Shown: positions 18,022 to 25,387, numbered from the stretch's first letter. The stretch: DNA of 27,311 nucleotides from a virus (IMGVR_UViG_3300049173_000058:1-27311); one strand, 5' to 3'. Notes: generated by a model not told the origin, from the sequence alone. Made by a program: numbers and translations.

Positions 18022-18863
18022 TGGAATTCGTTCAGGCTAAGTGGTACGGCCCTGGCCGTACCGTCCCTATCCGCGTGATCGTCGTTCACGACATGGAAGC
18101 CCCCGAGGGGCCGAAGACCGCCGAGAACGTCGCTAAGTGGTTCTCGACCCTGCCCGCGTCCTCGAAGGCGTCCGCTCACGTCTGCGTCGACAACGACTCG
18201 GCGGTTCGCTGCGTCGCCGATGGTGACCGGGCCTGGCATGCTCCGGGCGCGAACTCTGACGGCCTGGGCATCGAGCTTGCCGGGTACGCGCGTCAGTCTC
18301 GCGCGGAGTGGCTTGACCAGTATTCGAAGGGCGTGCTGGAGAACGCGGCCCGCGTGGTGGCCGGCTGGTGCCTGAAGCACAACATCCCGGCCCGGAAGCT
18401 CACCCCGTCCGAGCTGAAGGCCGGTAAGCGGGGCATCGTCGGGCACCGGGACGTGTCTGCGGCCTACGGCCAGACTGACCACTCGGACCCCGGCCCGAAC
18501 TTCCCGTGGGACTACTTCCTTGGGCGTGTAAACGCCTTCATGGCTCCGCGGCCTTCGGCCCCGCCGGCCCCTGCCAAGCCTGCCCCCGCGAAGCCGACGA
18601 AGTACACCCCTCCGCCCTTCCCGAAGGGCCTGAAGCCGGGTAGCGCGTCGCCCTCGGCGAAGACGCTTCAGCGTGCCCTGAAGGCCGCTGGATTCATGAA
18701 CAAGAGCGTCCCTGAGTCGGACAACTACGGCCCGAAGACTCAGGAAGGTGTCGGGCTCTTCCACCGGAAGTTTCCGAAGTACGCGGCCCAGGGCTCGACC
18801 TGGGACGTAGCGATCGGCCCGAAGGGTTGGGCCGCGCTCTTCACTCGGGCCTACGGCAAGTAA
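18021..18863 (+). CDS. Endolysin: N-acetylmuramoyl-L-alanine amidase plus Pro-rich linker and peptidoglycan-binding domain
   Basis: IVVHD, SAH, AWHA..N..GIE, GHRD, HSDPGPNFPW; LQRAL...YGPKT. Confidence 0.93.
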   Translation: MEFVQAKWYGPGRTVPIRVIVVHDMEAPEGPKTAENVAKWFSTLPASSKASAHVCVDNDSAVRCVADGDRAWHAPGANSDGLGIELAGYARQSRAEWLDQYSKGVLENAARVVAGWCLKHNIPARKLTPSELKAGKRGIVGHRDVSAAYGQTDHSDPGPNFPWDYFLGRVNAFMAPRPSAPPAPAKPAPAKPTKYTPPPFPKGLKPGSASPSAKTLQRALKAAGFMNKSVPESDNYGPKTQEGVGLFHRKFPKYAAQGSTWDVAIGPKGWAALFTRAYGK

Positions 18864-18871
18864 GGATCATG

Positions 18872-19102
18872 ATGGACTTTCTGAAGAAGCACCCTGCCCG
18901 CGTCTACTCGCTGGTGGTGGCCGCCCTCGGCCTGGCCGCCGCGTTCGGCGTCGAGGTACCCGAAGCGCAGATTCTCGGCGCGGTCGGCGCCGTCCTGGCG
19001 CTCATCTCTGGCGAGGCGGTTCAGCGCGTCGAGGACTCGAAGACCCGTGACGCTCTCCTCACCCCGTCGCCTGCCCATGGCGGCCTGGCCGACGAAGGCT
19101 AG
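18872..19102 (+). CDS. Holin (two TM helices)
   Basis: Two hydrophobic helices; follows the endolysin; SD AAGGA (alternative ATG at 18869). Confidence 0.8.
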   Translation: MDFLKKHPARVYSLVVAALGLAAAFGVEVPEAQILGAVGAVLALISGEAVQRVEDSKTRDALLTPSPAHGGLADEG

Positions 19103-19156
19103 CTAGGGCGGGGCCGTGAATGCCTCCCACGGCCCTTCAGCACGTCCTAGCCGAAT

Positions 19157-19190
19157 CCCCCTGCACCCTTCCCGGGTGTGGGGGGCTTTC
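19157..19190 (+). terminator. Terminator ending the late operon (between convergent genes)
   Basis: CCCCCTGCACCC-TTCCC-GGGTGTGGGGGG then CTTTC. Confidence 0.7.
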
Positions 19191-19207
19191 GTCGTTTCCC
19201 GGGCCGT

Positions 19208-20539
19208 TTACACGCCTGCGGGCTTCATGCTCTCGGAGCGCTCGAACAGCTCGGCGGCCCCGTGGTGGCGAAGGTGGGGCCGGATGAGTTGGCGCATGGT
19301 CGCGAAGCGCTGATCGGCTCGGCCCGAGCGGACTAGCGGGAAGTCGTCAAGGGCGGCATGCCAGGTCTTCAGGGCCTCTTCGAGGTGCCCGACCTGAAGT
19401 TGCCGTTCGGCGAGTAGTGCGCGCATGCGCACGTTGCCTCGGCGGTACACGGCGAAGCGAAGCCTGTTGCTCTCCTGTAGCGCTTCGATCGATCCGTGAA
19501 CGTCGCCGAGTTCGTAACGCACTTGCGCTACGTGGTAGTTGAGCGCGGCGGGATCGTAGGACCCGAGCGGCTTCCCTCGGCTCTCGGCCCTGTCCATGGC
19601 GGCTTCGGCTTCCCGCATGTACCGCAGTGCGGCCGTACGGTTCCCGTCCTGGGCGGCGGAGTGTGCTTGCTGCCCCTTCAGGAAGGCCAGCATGCGCGGG
19701 CCGGCCTTCGGGGATGCTGCGGCGGCGGCCTCGGCCAGGCGCAACGCGTCGGGGCCGTGCCCGAGGTCGACGGCCTGAACGCTCATCCCTCGAAGCGTGG
19801 TGCAGTAGGTCAGGTGGTCGTCGGCGGACCCGGCCAGTTCGAGGGCCTTCGTGTAGTAGTCCTGTGCCAGGCCGTGAAGCCCTTCGTCTACGGCCATGTA
19901 CCCCGTGAGGTAGCAGAGGTCAGAGGCGGCGGACATCATCGCTTTCCGCACGTCCTCGGGGGCCTCGGCCCGAAGGTACGGGACAACGGTGTTCACCAGG
20001 AATGACGCGGCCATGGGGCGCGCGGTACGGCCCCCGAATTGGTCGTCAAGCTCAGAGACCTTCTCGGTCATCTGAACAACCATGTCGACTTCCCCGAAGC
20101 CGTACTTCAGTCCTCGGCCCTTCTTCACGGCCTCGGCTCGACCAACGACGTCGGGCCACCCCGGAATCGTGAGCGCGACGGAGTAGAGGCCCACCCCGAG
20201 GACGCTTCGGCGTGAGGGGTCCATGTCGGCCCGCCCGAGGTCTATCAGCCCTTCCACGGTGCCCGGGGTCGGTGTGCTGCCCTTCGGGGCCGGTAGGCCG
20301 GCCTCGGCGTGCGTGACCTGCCTTCCGAGGCGACGCGAGAGAGCTTCGAGGATCAGCGGTCGGACCTTCGGCACGGGGGTTGTGCCCCCGAGCCACTTAC
20401 TGACGTTGCTCTTGTCGGCCCGGACGGACACCCCGGCTTCGTCGCCTGCCCGGTTTAAGGCCGTGGCGAGCTGTCCAAGGGTCCAGTCCGCTTCGCCGAG
20501 AAGGCGGCTCAGTCCCTCGTTCGGCTCCCGCTCGGCCAT
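19208..20539 (-). CDS. Streptomyces-type XRE-HTH/TPR regulator (NsdA-like architecture)
   Basis: N-terminal PN..L..LL.EA.W...QLA...VSKWL.G..P HTH; central D.SRRS.LG; LDDQFGG; helical repeat C-terminus; SD GGGGG. Confidence 0.8.
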   Translation of the reverse strand: MAEREPNEGLSRLLGEADWTLGQLATALNRAGDEAGVSVRADKSNVSKWLGGTTPVPKVRPLILEALSRRLGRQVTHAEAGLPAPKGSTPTPGTVEGLIDLGRADMDPSRRSVLGVGLYSVALTIPGWPDVVGRAEAVKKGRGLKYGFGEVDMVVQMTEKVSELDDQFGGRTARPMAASFLVNTVVPYLRAEAPEDVRKAMMSAASDLCYLTGYMAVDEGLHGLAQDYYTKALELAGSADDHLTYCTTLRGMSVQAVDLGHGPDALRLAEAAAAASPKAGPRMLAFLKGQQAHSAAQDGNRTAALRYMREAEAAMDRAESRGKPLGSYDPAALNYHVAQVRYELGDVHGSIEALQESNRLRFAVYRRGNVRMRALLAERQLQVGHLEEALKTWHAALDDFPLVRSGRADQRFATMRQLIRPHLRHHGAAELFERSESMKPAGV

Positions 20540-20550
20540 GCCTACCCCCG

Positions 20551-20588
20551 AACTTTCCACGCTTTCAACTCTGCCCAACTCCCCAAAG
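20551..20588. repeat. Degenerate ~10-nt tandem repeats in the divergent promoter region
   Basis: AACTTTCCAC GCTTTCAACT CTGCCCAACT CCCCAAAG. Confidence 0.4.
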
Positions 20589-20648
20589 GTACCGCCGCGG
20601 GCTACGGCGCGGTTGCGTAGAGCGACAACGTCAGCGAGAGGACAGACC

Positions 20649-21014
20649 ATGCCGGGGAATCAGGTAGAGCGCGTGAGCAGCGTCGATGCGCCGTTGGATG
20701 TGGAGACGATGACGGACACCATCGACATGGTGCTGTCGATGCAACTCAGCACGTCGACCCGCGCGGACATCGACGGGCGGACGGGCCGCGCCGTGGGATT
20801 CCTGAACTTGCTCCTGGCCGAGAGCGTCGACCAGGAAGACGAAGACACGGCCGCGATCGTGCGACAGGCTCACCGGTTCTTGGAGCTGTCCGGCCGGCCG
20901 ACCGAGCGGACGCCCGTGTTCGAGGCGTTCCGCTTCATGGTGGACACGGCGAAGCTCTCGAAGGCTCTCCTCTCGGCCTACGCGCAGAGGAACGGAATCG
21001 ACCTGCGAAGGTGA
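20649..21014 (+). CDS. Hypothetical helical protein (weakly DUF6415-like)
   Basis: ATG after the GTCAGCGAGAGGA leader/SD; PLDVETM motif; divergent from the regulator. Confidence 0.7.
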   Translation: MPGNQVERVSSVDAPLDVETMTDTIDMVLSMQLSTSTRADIDGRTGRAVGFLNLLLAESVDQEDEDTAAIVRQAHRFLELSGRPTERTPVFEAFRFMVDTAKLSKALLSAYAQRNGIDLRR

Positions 21015-21256
21015 CCGTCGCACCTGAGAGCCCGAAGAAGCGGGCAGGCCGCACGGGCTACACCGGGGGGTGGCGGCGTCCCACCCTGATCGAGTGGATG
21101 AACGACAACGGCACCATCTGTGCATCGTGCTTCGGGCACCGGACGGTTTGGTGTCCCGACTGTGCAGGGTTCGGCGGCTGCACGACGTGCAAGCACACGG
21201 AGAAGGTTCGGTGCCCCCAGTGCGCGGGCGGAACGCTCGACGGGTGGCGCTGGTGA
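21011..21256 (+). CDS. DnaJ-type zinc-finger small protein
   Basis: Four CxxC(xG) repeats; GTGA-coupled. Confidence 0.75.
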   Translation: MTVAPESPKKRAGRTGYTGGWRRPTLIEWMNDNGTICASCFGHRTVWCPDCAGFGGCTTCKHTEKVRCPQCAGGTLDGWRW

Positions 21257-21297
21257 CTCCCTTCCGTCCGTCCCCCCGTAGCGGATGGCAGGGAAAC

Positions 21298-21329
21298 GAG
21301 AAGGGGCGACCCGTGGGCCGCCCCTTCTC
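21298..21329. terminator. Bidirectional terminator hairpin
   Basis: GAGAAGGGGCG...CGCCCCTTCTC between convergent genes. Confidence 0.75.
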
Positions 21330-21334
21330 TCCGC

Positions 21335-21688
21335 TCAGGCTCCGAGGAACCCGTTCCGTCTCATGTACTGCTTTCGCGTCAGCTCGATGCCGGTACGGGC
21401 GTCCGGCCCGTGCTTCTCGATCATCTGCTGAATCGTCATCCCGAAGGTGTTCCGGAAGTAGTCCGGGAACCAACTCTCGTAAGCGGCCTTCCGGTTCAGG
21501 TAGGTGTTAATCCCGTTCCTGATCCGGGCCACGGTCGTACGGGCCTTCCGGGCCGCGCACGACGTTCCCGCCCACAGCTGGTCACCCTCGGCCGTTTCGA
21601 GAAGGACGGTGCGCTTCAGCTCTTCCTTCCCGCAGACCTCACAGGTGTTGCACTCGTCGGTGATGGCTCGGATGTGCCAGGCCGCCAT
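21335..21688 (-). CDS. Hypothetical zinc-binding protein
   Basis: CEVCGK.ELKRTV...GTSCAAR; own promoter and SD. Confidence 0.8.
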   Translation of the reverse strand: MAAWHIRAITDECNTCEVCGKEELKRTVLLETAEGDQLWAGTSCAARKARTTVARIRNGINTYLNRKAAYESWFPDYFRNTFGMTIQQMIEKHGPDARTGIELTRKQYMRRNGFLGA

Positions 21689-21724
21689 GTCTTGCCCCTT
21701 TGCCGTTCCTCGCTGACATGTGGA

Positions 21725-21754
21725 ACTCTACGGCGTTTAAACCGAGTGTGTCAA
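21725..21754 (-). promoter_or_regulatory. SigA/HrdB-type promoter TTGACA-N18-TAGAGT
   Basis: Consensus match; GTCAGCGAG begins 7 nt after the -10. Confidence 0.85.
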
Positions 21755-21771
21755 ATAGTAGCTTCAGGGGA

Positions 21772-21800
21772 AACGAAGAAGGGGCCGGTTTCCCGGCCCC
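21772..21800 (-). terminator. Intrinsic terminator
   Basis: GGGGCCGG stem, then TTCTTCGTT on the minus strand. Confidence 0.75.
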
Positions 21801-21809
21801 TCGGTTTCG

Positions 21810-21992
21810 CTAGGCGTTCTGAACCTCTCGGCACCGGTCGCACGCACAGTGCGCGTCATGTAGGGCGGTGCAGAAGTCGCTAGCGGGGGTGTCTCCCGTG
21901 TCGAGGACGGTTCCGCAGCATCGGCAGAACGTCAGGTTCTCCTCGCAGAAGTGCACCCATCGGTGAATCCCCTTGCGGAGCGAAACGGCCAT
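21810..21992 (-). CDS. Small Cys/His-rich (zinc-finger) protein, 60 aa
   Basis: SD GAAGGGAAGG; H..VHFC, CRCC, HCACDRC. Confidence 0.75.
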   Translation of the reverse strand: MAVSLRKGIHRWVHFCEENLTFCRCCGTVLDTGDTPASDFCTALHDAHCACDRCREVQNA

Positions 21993-22047
21993 TGGCCTTC
22001 CCTTCATCCGGCCCCCGGTTGGGGGCCTTCTCTCGCTGACAAGGAAG

Positions 22048-22076
22048 ACGGTAGCACCGTTTAAACGAGATTCCAA
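22048..22076 (-). promoter_or_regulatory. Promoter TTGGAA-N17-TACCGT
   Basis: Spacing and downstream leader motif. Confidence 0.75.
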
Positions 22077-22092
22077 ATCATAGCTTTGAGGT

Positions 22093-22121
22093 AAAGGGAA
22101 AGGGCCGGATCGTCCGGCCCT
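22093..22121 (-). terminator. Intrinsic terminator
   Basis: AGGGCCGG/CCGGCCCT stem, then TTCCCTTT on the minus strand. Confidence 0.7.
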
Positions 22122-22124
22122 CGG

Positions 22125-22427
22125 TCACTCCTCGGTCAGTCCCTTAGCGTGCTCCCACTCGGCGACCTGCCACGCGTCCACGCGGACCACGGTCACGCCC
22201 CATCCGCCTTCGCTGTACGCGTCGCGCACGGTTCGGCCGGCAGTGGCCGCCACGTCGAACAGGGTCGGTACGCGCACGGTCATGGTCCACTCGGTCCACC
22301 CGTCGCCCATCTGTGCCGTGGCCCCGTAGTCGACCAGGGCGCCGGTAACGGCGTCGAGGGTGTCGTCAGTCTCGGCCAGGTTCTTTCCCTGGTGCCTCAC
22401 TCGCACTACGGCCTGATACTCGCGCAT
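22125..22427 (-). CDS. Hypothetical protein, candidate antitoxin partner of the HicA-like ORF
   Basis: 100 aa, alpha/beta pattern, directly downstream of the HicA-like gene. Confidence 0.7.
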   Translation of the reverse strand: MREYQAVVRVRHQGKNLAETDDTLDAVTGALVDYGATAQMGDGWTEWTMTVRVPTLFDVAATAGRTVRDAYSEGGWGVTVVRVDAWQVAEWEHAKGLTEE

Positions 22428-22461
22428 CGTGTAAACCTTCTTCTCTCGCTGACACGGTGAA

Positions 22462-22483
22462 GGGGGCCGGTCTCCCGGCCCCC
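22462..22483 (-). terminator. Hairpin between the HicA-like gene and its partner (weak terminator or processing stem)
   Basis: GGGGGCCGG/CCGGCCCCC; only TTC follows on the minus strand. Confidence 0.55.
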
Positions 22484-22493
22484 GTTGGGGAGG

Positions 22494-22691
22494 TTACAGA
22501 ACCCCGAACCTCTTCGCTACGGCCTCATTGTTTCTCTGGCCCCTGCCCCCGGTGTTTCTGCTGATCCACTCGGCAGGCTTCGTCTTGTCGTCCGGGAAGC
22601 AAAGCCATCCGTGATTGCGGCGCTCAACCTTGTATCCGGCGGCCTTGATTGCCTCTGCCAGACCTTCCGGAGTCCGGTTCACCTTTGCCAT
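22494..22691 (-). CDS. HicA-like (dsRBD-fold) small basic protein
   Basis: 65 aa; AIKAAGYKVERRNHGW.CFP.DKTKP...RN....KRFGV resembles actinobacterial HicA-like toxins. Confidence 0.6.
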   Translation of the reverse strand: MAKVNRTPEGLAEAIKAAGYKVERRNHGWLCFPDDKTKPAEWISRNTGGRGQRNNEAVAKRFGVL

Positions 22692-22732
22692 CGATCGCCC
22701 CTCCCTGTGTGTCTCTCTCGCTGACAGGTGAG

Positions 22733-22761
22733 ACGTTACTAGTATTTGGAATCTCTGTCTA
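22733..22761 (-). promoter_or_regulatory. Promoter TAGACA-N17-TAACGT
   Basis: Spacing, operator-like motif in the spacer, downstream leader. Confidence 0.75.
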
Positions 22762-23320
22762 CCCGCTCAGGTGGGTTGTTGTTGCCGTTGTCTTTCGTCT
22801 TTGCCTTACCCCATGCCTCGGGTGCCCTGAGCGGGCGGGAGCGGGTTGGACCCCCCCTTGAAGCAAGCAATAGGCCCCCCACTGCTGGAGGTTGCTCACT
22901 TCAAGAGGGGACCTAGGGGAGTCGACTACGTACCTCGGTACGCCCGTCGGGGCTCTCGCTTTCAGGACCGGTATGGAGGGAATTAGCCTCACCGCAGGGC
23001 CGGGAAGTGTGATCAGAGCTAGGGGCCGCACGCCCGTCCCCTCTGCGGGGACACCGGTCCGGGCCTGCCTTCACCCGGTACGTCTGTCACTCGGTATGCC
23101 GTTCCCTCTCGGGCTTCTCTACCTCCCGGTGGCTGAATCCGGGGTCGGCTTTTGGTGAGGAGAGCCGTTCTCTTACTCCTGACTGTCTGGACTCCCCAGG
23201 GCGTCAACCTGGGGCCGCAGGAACGGTTTCCGGGGCCGTTCTCCCTTGGCATGTCGTCTCCCTCGGGTGCCATCCCTCGGGCCGTCGTGCGCGGCCACGG
23301 CCAAGATCACGCCGTGCGCC
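22762..23320 (-). ncRNA. Candidate large structured non-coding RNA (~560 nt)
   Basis: Own promoter, no convincing ORF, many nested helices including a 20-bp stem with four G-U pairs that form only on the minus strand. Confidence 0.55.
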
Positions 23321-23324
23321 ACGG

Positions 23325-23354
23325 ACGTTACTGTGATTTGGACTAGACGCGCAA
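23325..23354 (-). promoter_or_regulatory. Promoter TTGCGC-N18-TAACGT driving the non-coding region
   Basis: Same -35/-10 hexamers as the 25030-25058 promoter. Confidence 0.8.
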
Positions 23355-23564
23355 GCTAGACTTGGGGTGATCAAGGCCACGCGTTTACACGGTTCCAAAA
23401 CACAGCATGGGGACAGGCTTCGCCACGCCCAGGGCCGAGAGGCCGGCGAAGAGGCCGCGGGGCCCCCGTGCGCCCCGTACAGGGCCGTGCAGGGTGAGCG
23501 CGGGCATGGAGAAGGCCCCCGCCGGGACGGGGGCCGTAGGGGGCTCTCAGGGGCTCGACAGGCC

Positions 23565-23593
23565 AACGACAAAGGCCCCGCCGAAGCGGGGCC
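23565..23593 (-). terminator. Intrinsic terminator after lsr2 (second hairpin at 23514-23535)
   Basis: GGCCCCGC-TTCG-GCGGGGCC then TTTGTCGTT. Confidence 0.8.
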
Positions 23594-23614
23594 GTGGTCG
23601 AGCTGGTAGCGCGG

Positions 23615-23947
23615 TTACGCGGCCTGAGCCTTCTCGTACGCCTCACGGAGGGACGCGGGCACGCGGCCCCGGTCGCTCACCTCATAGCCGTTCTCGCGCG
23701 CCCATTCCCGGATGGCCTGAGAGTCGTCCTTCGGCTTCCCGGTGCCCATGCGGCGGACCGTCGCGCGGCCCCCGCCCACCTTCCGGCCCCCACCGACGTA
23801 CGGGGCCAGGACGTCACGCAGCTTCTCGGCGTTCGCGTCGGACAGGTCGATTTCGTAGGTCTTCCCGTCGAGGGCGAAGAGAACGGTCTGAGTGGCCTCG
23901 GAACCGTCGATGTCATCGACCAGGGTGATTTCGACCTTCTGAGCCAT
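23615..23947 (-). CDS. lsr2: Lsr2 nucleoid-associated protein (possible longer start at GTG 24085)
   Basis: MAQKV...LVDDIDG, YEIDLS..NA.KLR, IREWARENGYEVSDRGRVP; SD AAGGA. Confidence 0.95.
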   Translation of the reverse strand: MAQKVEITLVDDIDGSEATQTVLFALDGKTYEIDLSDANAEKLRDVLAPYVGGGRKVGGGRATVRRMGTGKPKDDSQAIREWARENGYEVSDRGRVPASLREAYEKAQAA

Positions 23948-24081
23948 GGTGTTTTCCTTCTTCGGGAAGAGTTCGATTACGTTGGATCTTTTACCAGCGT
24001 GGCAGTTACAGCCACAAGCGATTCCGCTTAGCGTGCGGACGGGGCACCGCTGGTGATGCCCCGTCATGCACCACCCGAGCT

Positions 24082-24735
24082 TCACGGGCTGACCAGCTCC
24101 CCGCTGTGAGCCTTCGCGAAGGCCCGAATCACGGCCTCGGGGATGCGCCCGGTGTCCTTCACGTTGAAGCCGTTCTGACGCCCCCAAGTGCGAATGATCG
24201 CACTAGAATCCGTGGCCGCCGAGATAGCGGGAGCCTTCTCGACCGAGGCCGCGAAGATGGGGGCCTGAACCGCCGGGGGCTCCCAGGCCGGCCAGGGGTC
24301 ATCCGACAGGGCCTCTTCGAGGGCCTGGCCGTGGTCGGCGACCAGCTCGACCAGCTCGGCCGCCACGGGCTCACGCTTCTTCAGAAGGTGCGTGAACAGG
24401 TGGACGGCCAGGGGTACCGCGACACTCGGCACGCCGAGGACAACGGGCCCGGGAACGGTGTCCGGAAGGGCGTTGCTCCACAGGCTGTACGCGAAGAACA
24501 GTCCGGCCAGGGTCCACGGGTAGGCCGTGGCCTTCCATCCCCAGTCACGAAGCCGGTAGGCCACCCATACGGCGACCGTCACGAAGCCTTCGACTATCAG
24601 GGGGTAGATCGGGGACAGGTCGACGTTCCCGCCGGTACCGAGGTATACGGACCGAAGAGCCTCATAGGAGAGGGTGAAGGCACCGGCCGCGATTCCCGCG
24701 ACTACGGCGGCGGCGGTCCTGTCGGTCTTCTGCAC
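24082..24735 (-). CDS. DUF2637-like membrane protein fused to an Lsr2 DNA-binding domain
   Basis: AF.LSY.AL, YPLIVEG, SL.SN, VP.VA..L..HL over four TM segments; C-terminal IRTWGRQNGFNVKDTGRIP. Confidence 0.8.
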   Translation of the reverse strand: MQKTDRTAAAVVAGIAAGAFTLSYEALRSVYLGTGGNVDLSPIYPLIVEGFVTVAVWVAYRLRDWGWKATAYPWTLAGLFFAYSLWSNALPDTVPGPVVLGVPSVAVPLAVHLFTHLLKKREPVAAELVELVADHGQALEEALSDDPWPAWEPPAVQAPIFAASVEKAPAISAATDSSAIIRTWGRQNGFNVKDTGRIPEAVIRAFAKAHSGELVSP

Positions 24736-24779
24736 TGGATTCCCTTCCGGCCCGAAGGCCGTTTCTCGCTGACATTGGG

Positions 24780-24809
24780 AACCTAGCACTTAGTAAGATC
24801 GCGTTTCAA
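24780..24809 (-). promoter_or_regulatory. Promoter TTGAAA-N18-TAGGTT
   Basis: Consensus match plus downstream leader. Confidence 0.8.
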
Positions 24810-24831
24810 GTCTAGCTTCGAATCGGAACGA

Positions 24832-24858
24832 GAAAAGGCCCCCCTTCCGGGGGGCCTT
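24832..24858 (-). terminator. Intrinsic terminator
   Basis: AAGGCCCCCC/GGGGGGCCTT stem ending in TTTTC on the minus strand. Confidence 0.75.
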
Positions 24859-24862
24859 CCCG

Positions 24863-24970
24863 CTACTTCTCTACCTTCACCCACTCGAAGCGGTGGGCGG
24901 TGTGAATGTCGCCGTCGCAGCTCTTGTGCCACTTGCAGACGAGCTTGAAACGCGGGTCTCCGAAGTGCAT
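24863..24970 (-). CDS. 35-aa microprotein (MHFGDPRFKLVCKWHKSCDGDIHTAHRFEWVKVEK), not in the ORF track
   Basis: SD GAAGGGGAAG; own promoter, leader and terminator. Confidence 0.7.
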   Translation of the reverse strand: MHFGDPRFKLVCKWHKSCDGDIHTAHRFEWVKVEK

Positions 24971-25029
24971 TTCTCTTCCCCTTCAGTCTCGCACCGGGCT
25001 TTTCCCGGTGTCTCTCGCTGACAAGGAAG

Positions 25030-25058
25030 ACGTTACTATCATTTGGAATCGGGCGCAA
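25030..25058 (-). promoter_or_regulatory. Promoter TTGCGC-N17-TAACGT
   Basis: Consensus spacing, operator-like motif in the spacer, leader. Confidence 0.8.
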
Positions 25059-25060
25059 GT

Positions 25061-25342
25061 TTAAACGCGCTCGTCTTTCGGGCGGAGTGTGATCCGGACT
25101 CGGCCCACGACGACCGACCAGGGAAGGCCGCCCTTAACCGTCGCGTGCCCCTCGGCGAGCATGAGTTCCCGGGCTTCTGTCGCGTTGCTCAACAACACGG
25201 CGTCTTCGATGCCGCTCAGGGCGGCGCGCTCTCGAATGCGCGCGATGGAGCGATCTAGGGCTTCAGCCGCTCCGGTGGTGTCGCCCACGTCCTCACCGGC
25301 CGAGGCGATTCCGTCGACCTCCCAGAGCATCCAGAGAGCCAT
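25061..25342 (-). CDS. Hypothetical protein (93 aa), probably leaderless
   Basis: No SD; TACGCT lies 6 nt upstream of the ATG; follows a terminator. Confidence 0.65.
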   Translation of the reverse strand: MALWMLWEVDGIASAGEDVGDTTGAAEALDRSIARIRERAALSGIEDAVLLSNATEARELMLAEGHATVKGGLPWSVVVGRVRITLRPKDERV

Positions 25343-25387
25343 AGGGGAAGCGTAGGCTGGTCCGGCCGGCCAGGCATCCGGGCAACG

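Noticed and set aside
2920-18764. Long minus-strand ORFs opposite the structural genes (e.g. 4288-5709, 6346-7593, 14244-16748)
   Set aside because: Antisense shadows expected from high-GC3 codon bias; no motifs or start signals.
18869-18874. Holin dual start (Met-Met)
   Set aside because: No charged residue between the starts as in lambda S; the first ATG is too close to the SD.
22738-22810. A-rich minus-strand stretch TAAG-GCA AAG ACG AAA GAC AAC (AKTKDNGNNN...) resembling a tmRNA tag frame
   Set aside because: No tRNA-like domain (no T-loop or CCA end) and no hydrophobic Ala-Ala C-terminus.
23150-23200. CCAGACAGTC resembling the 5' end of E. coli RNase P RNA
   Set aside because: The universal GAGGAAAGUCC and AGAACCCGGCUUA segments are not present.
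23019-23273. 84-aa minus-strand ORF with an SD-like GAGGGAG
   Set aside because: Rich in AGG/AGA/CCA/GGA codons unlike real genes here; low-complexity product; overlaps RNA helices. Not fully excluded.
1688-23391. GTTTACAC as a Streptomyces parS site
   Set aside because: It does not match GTTTCACGTGAAAC.
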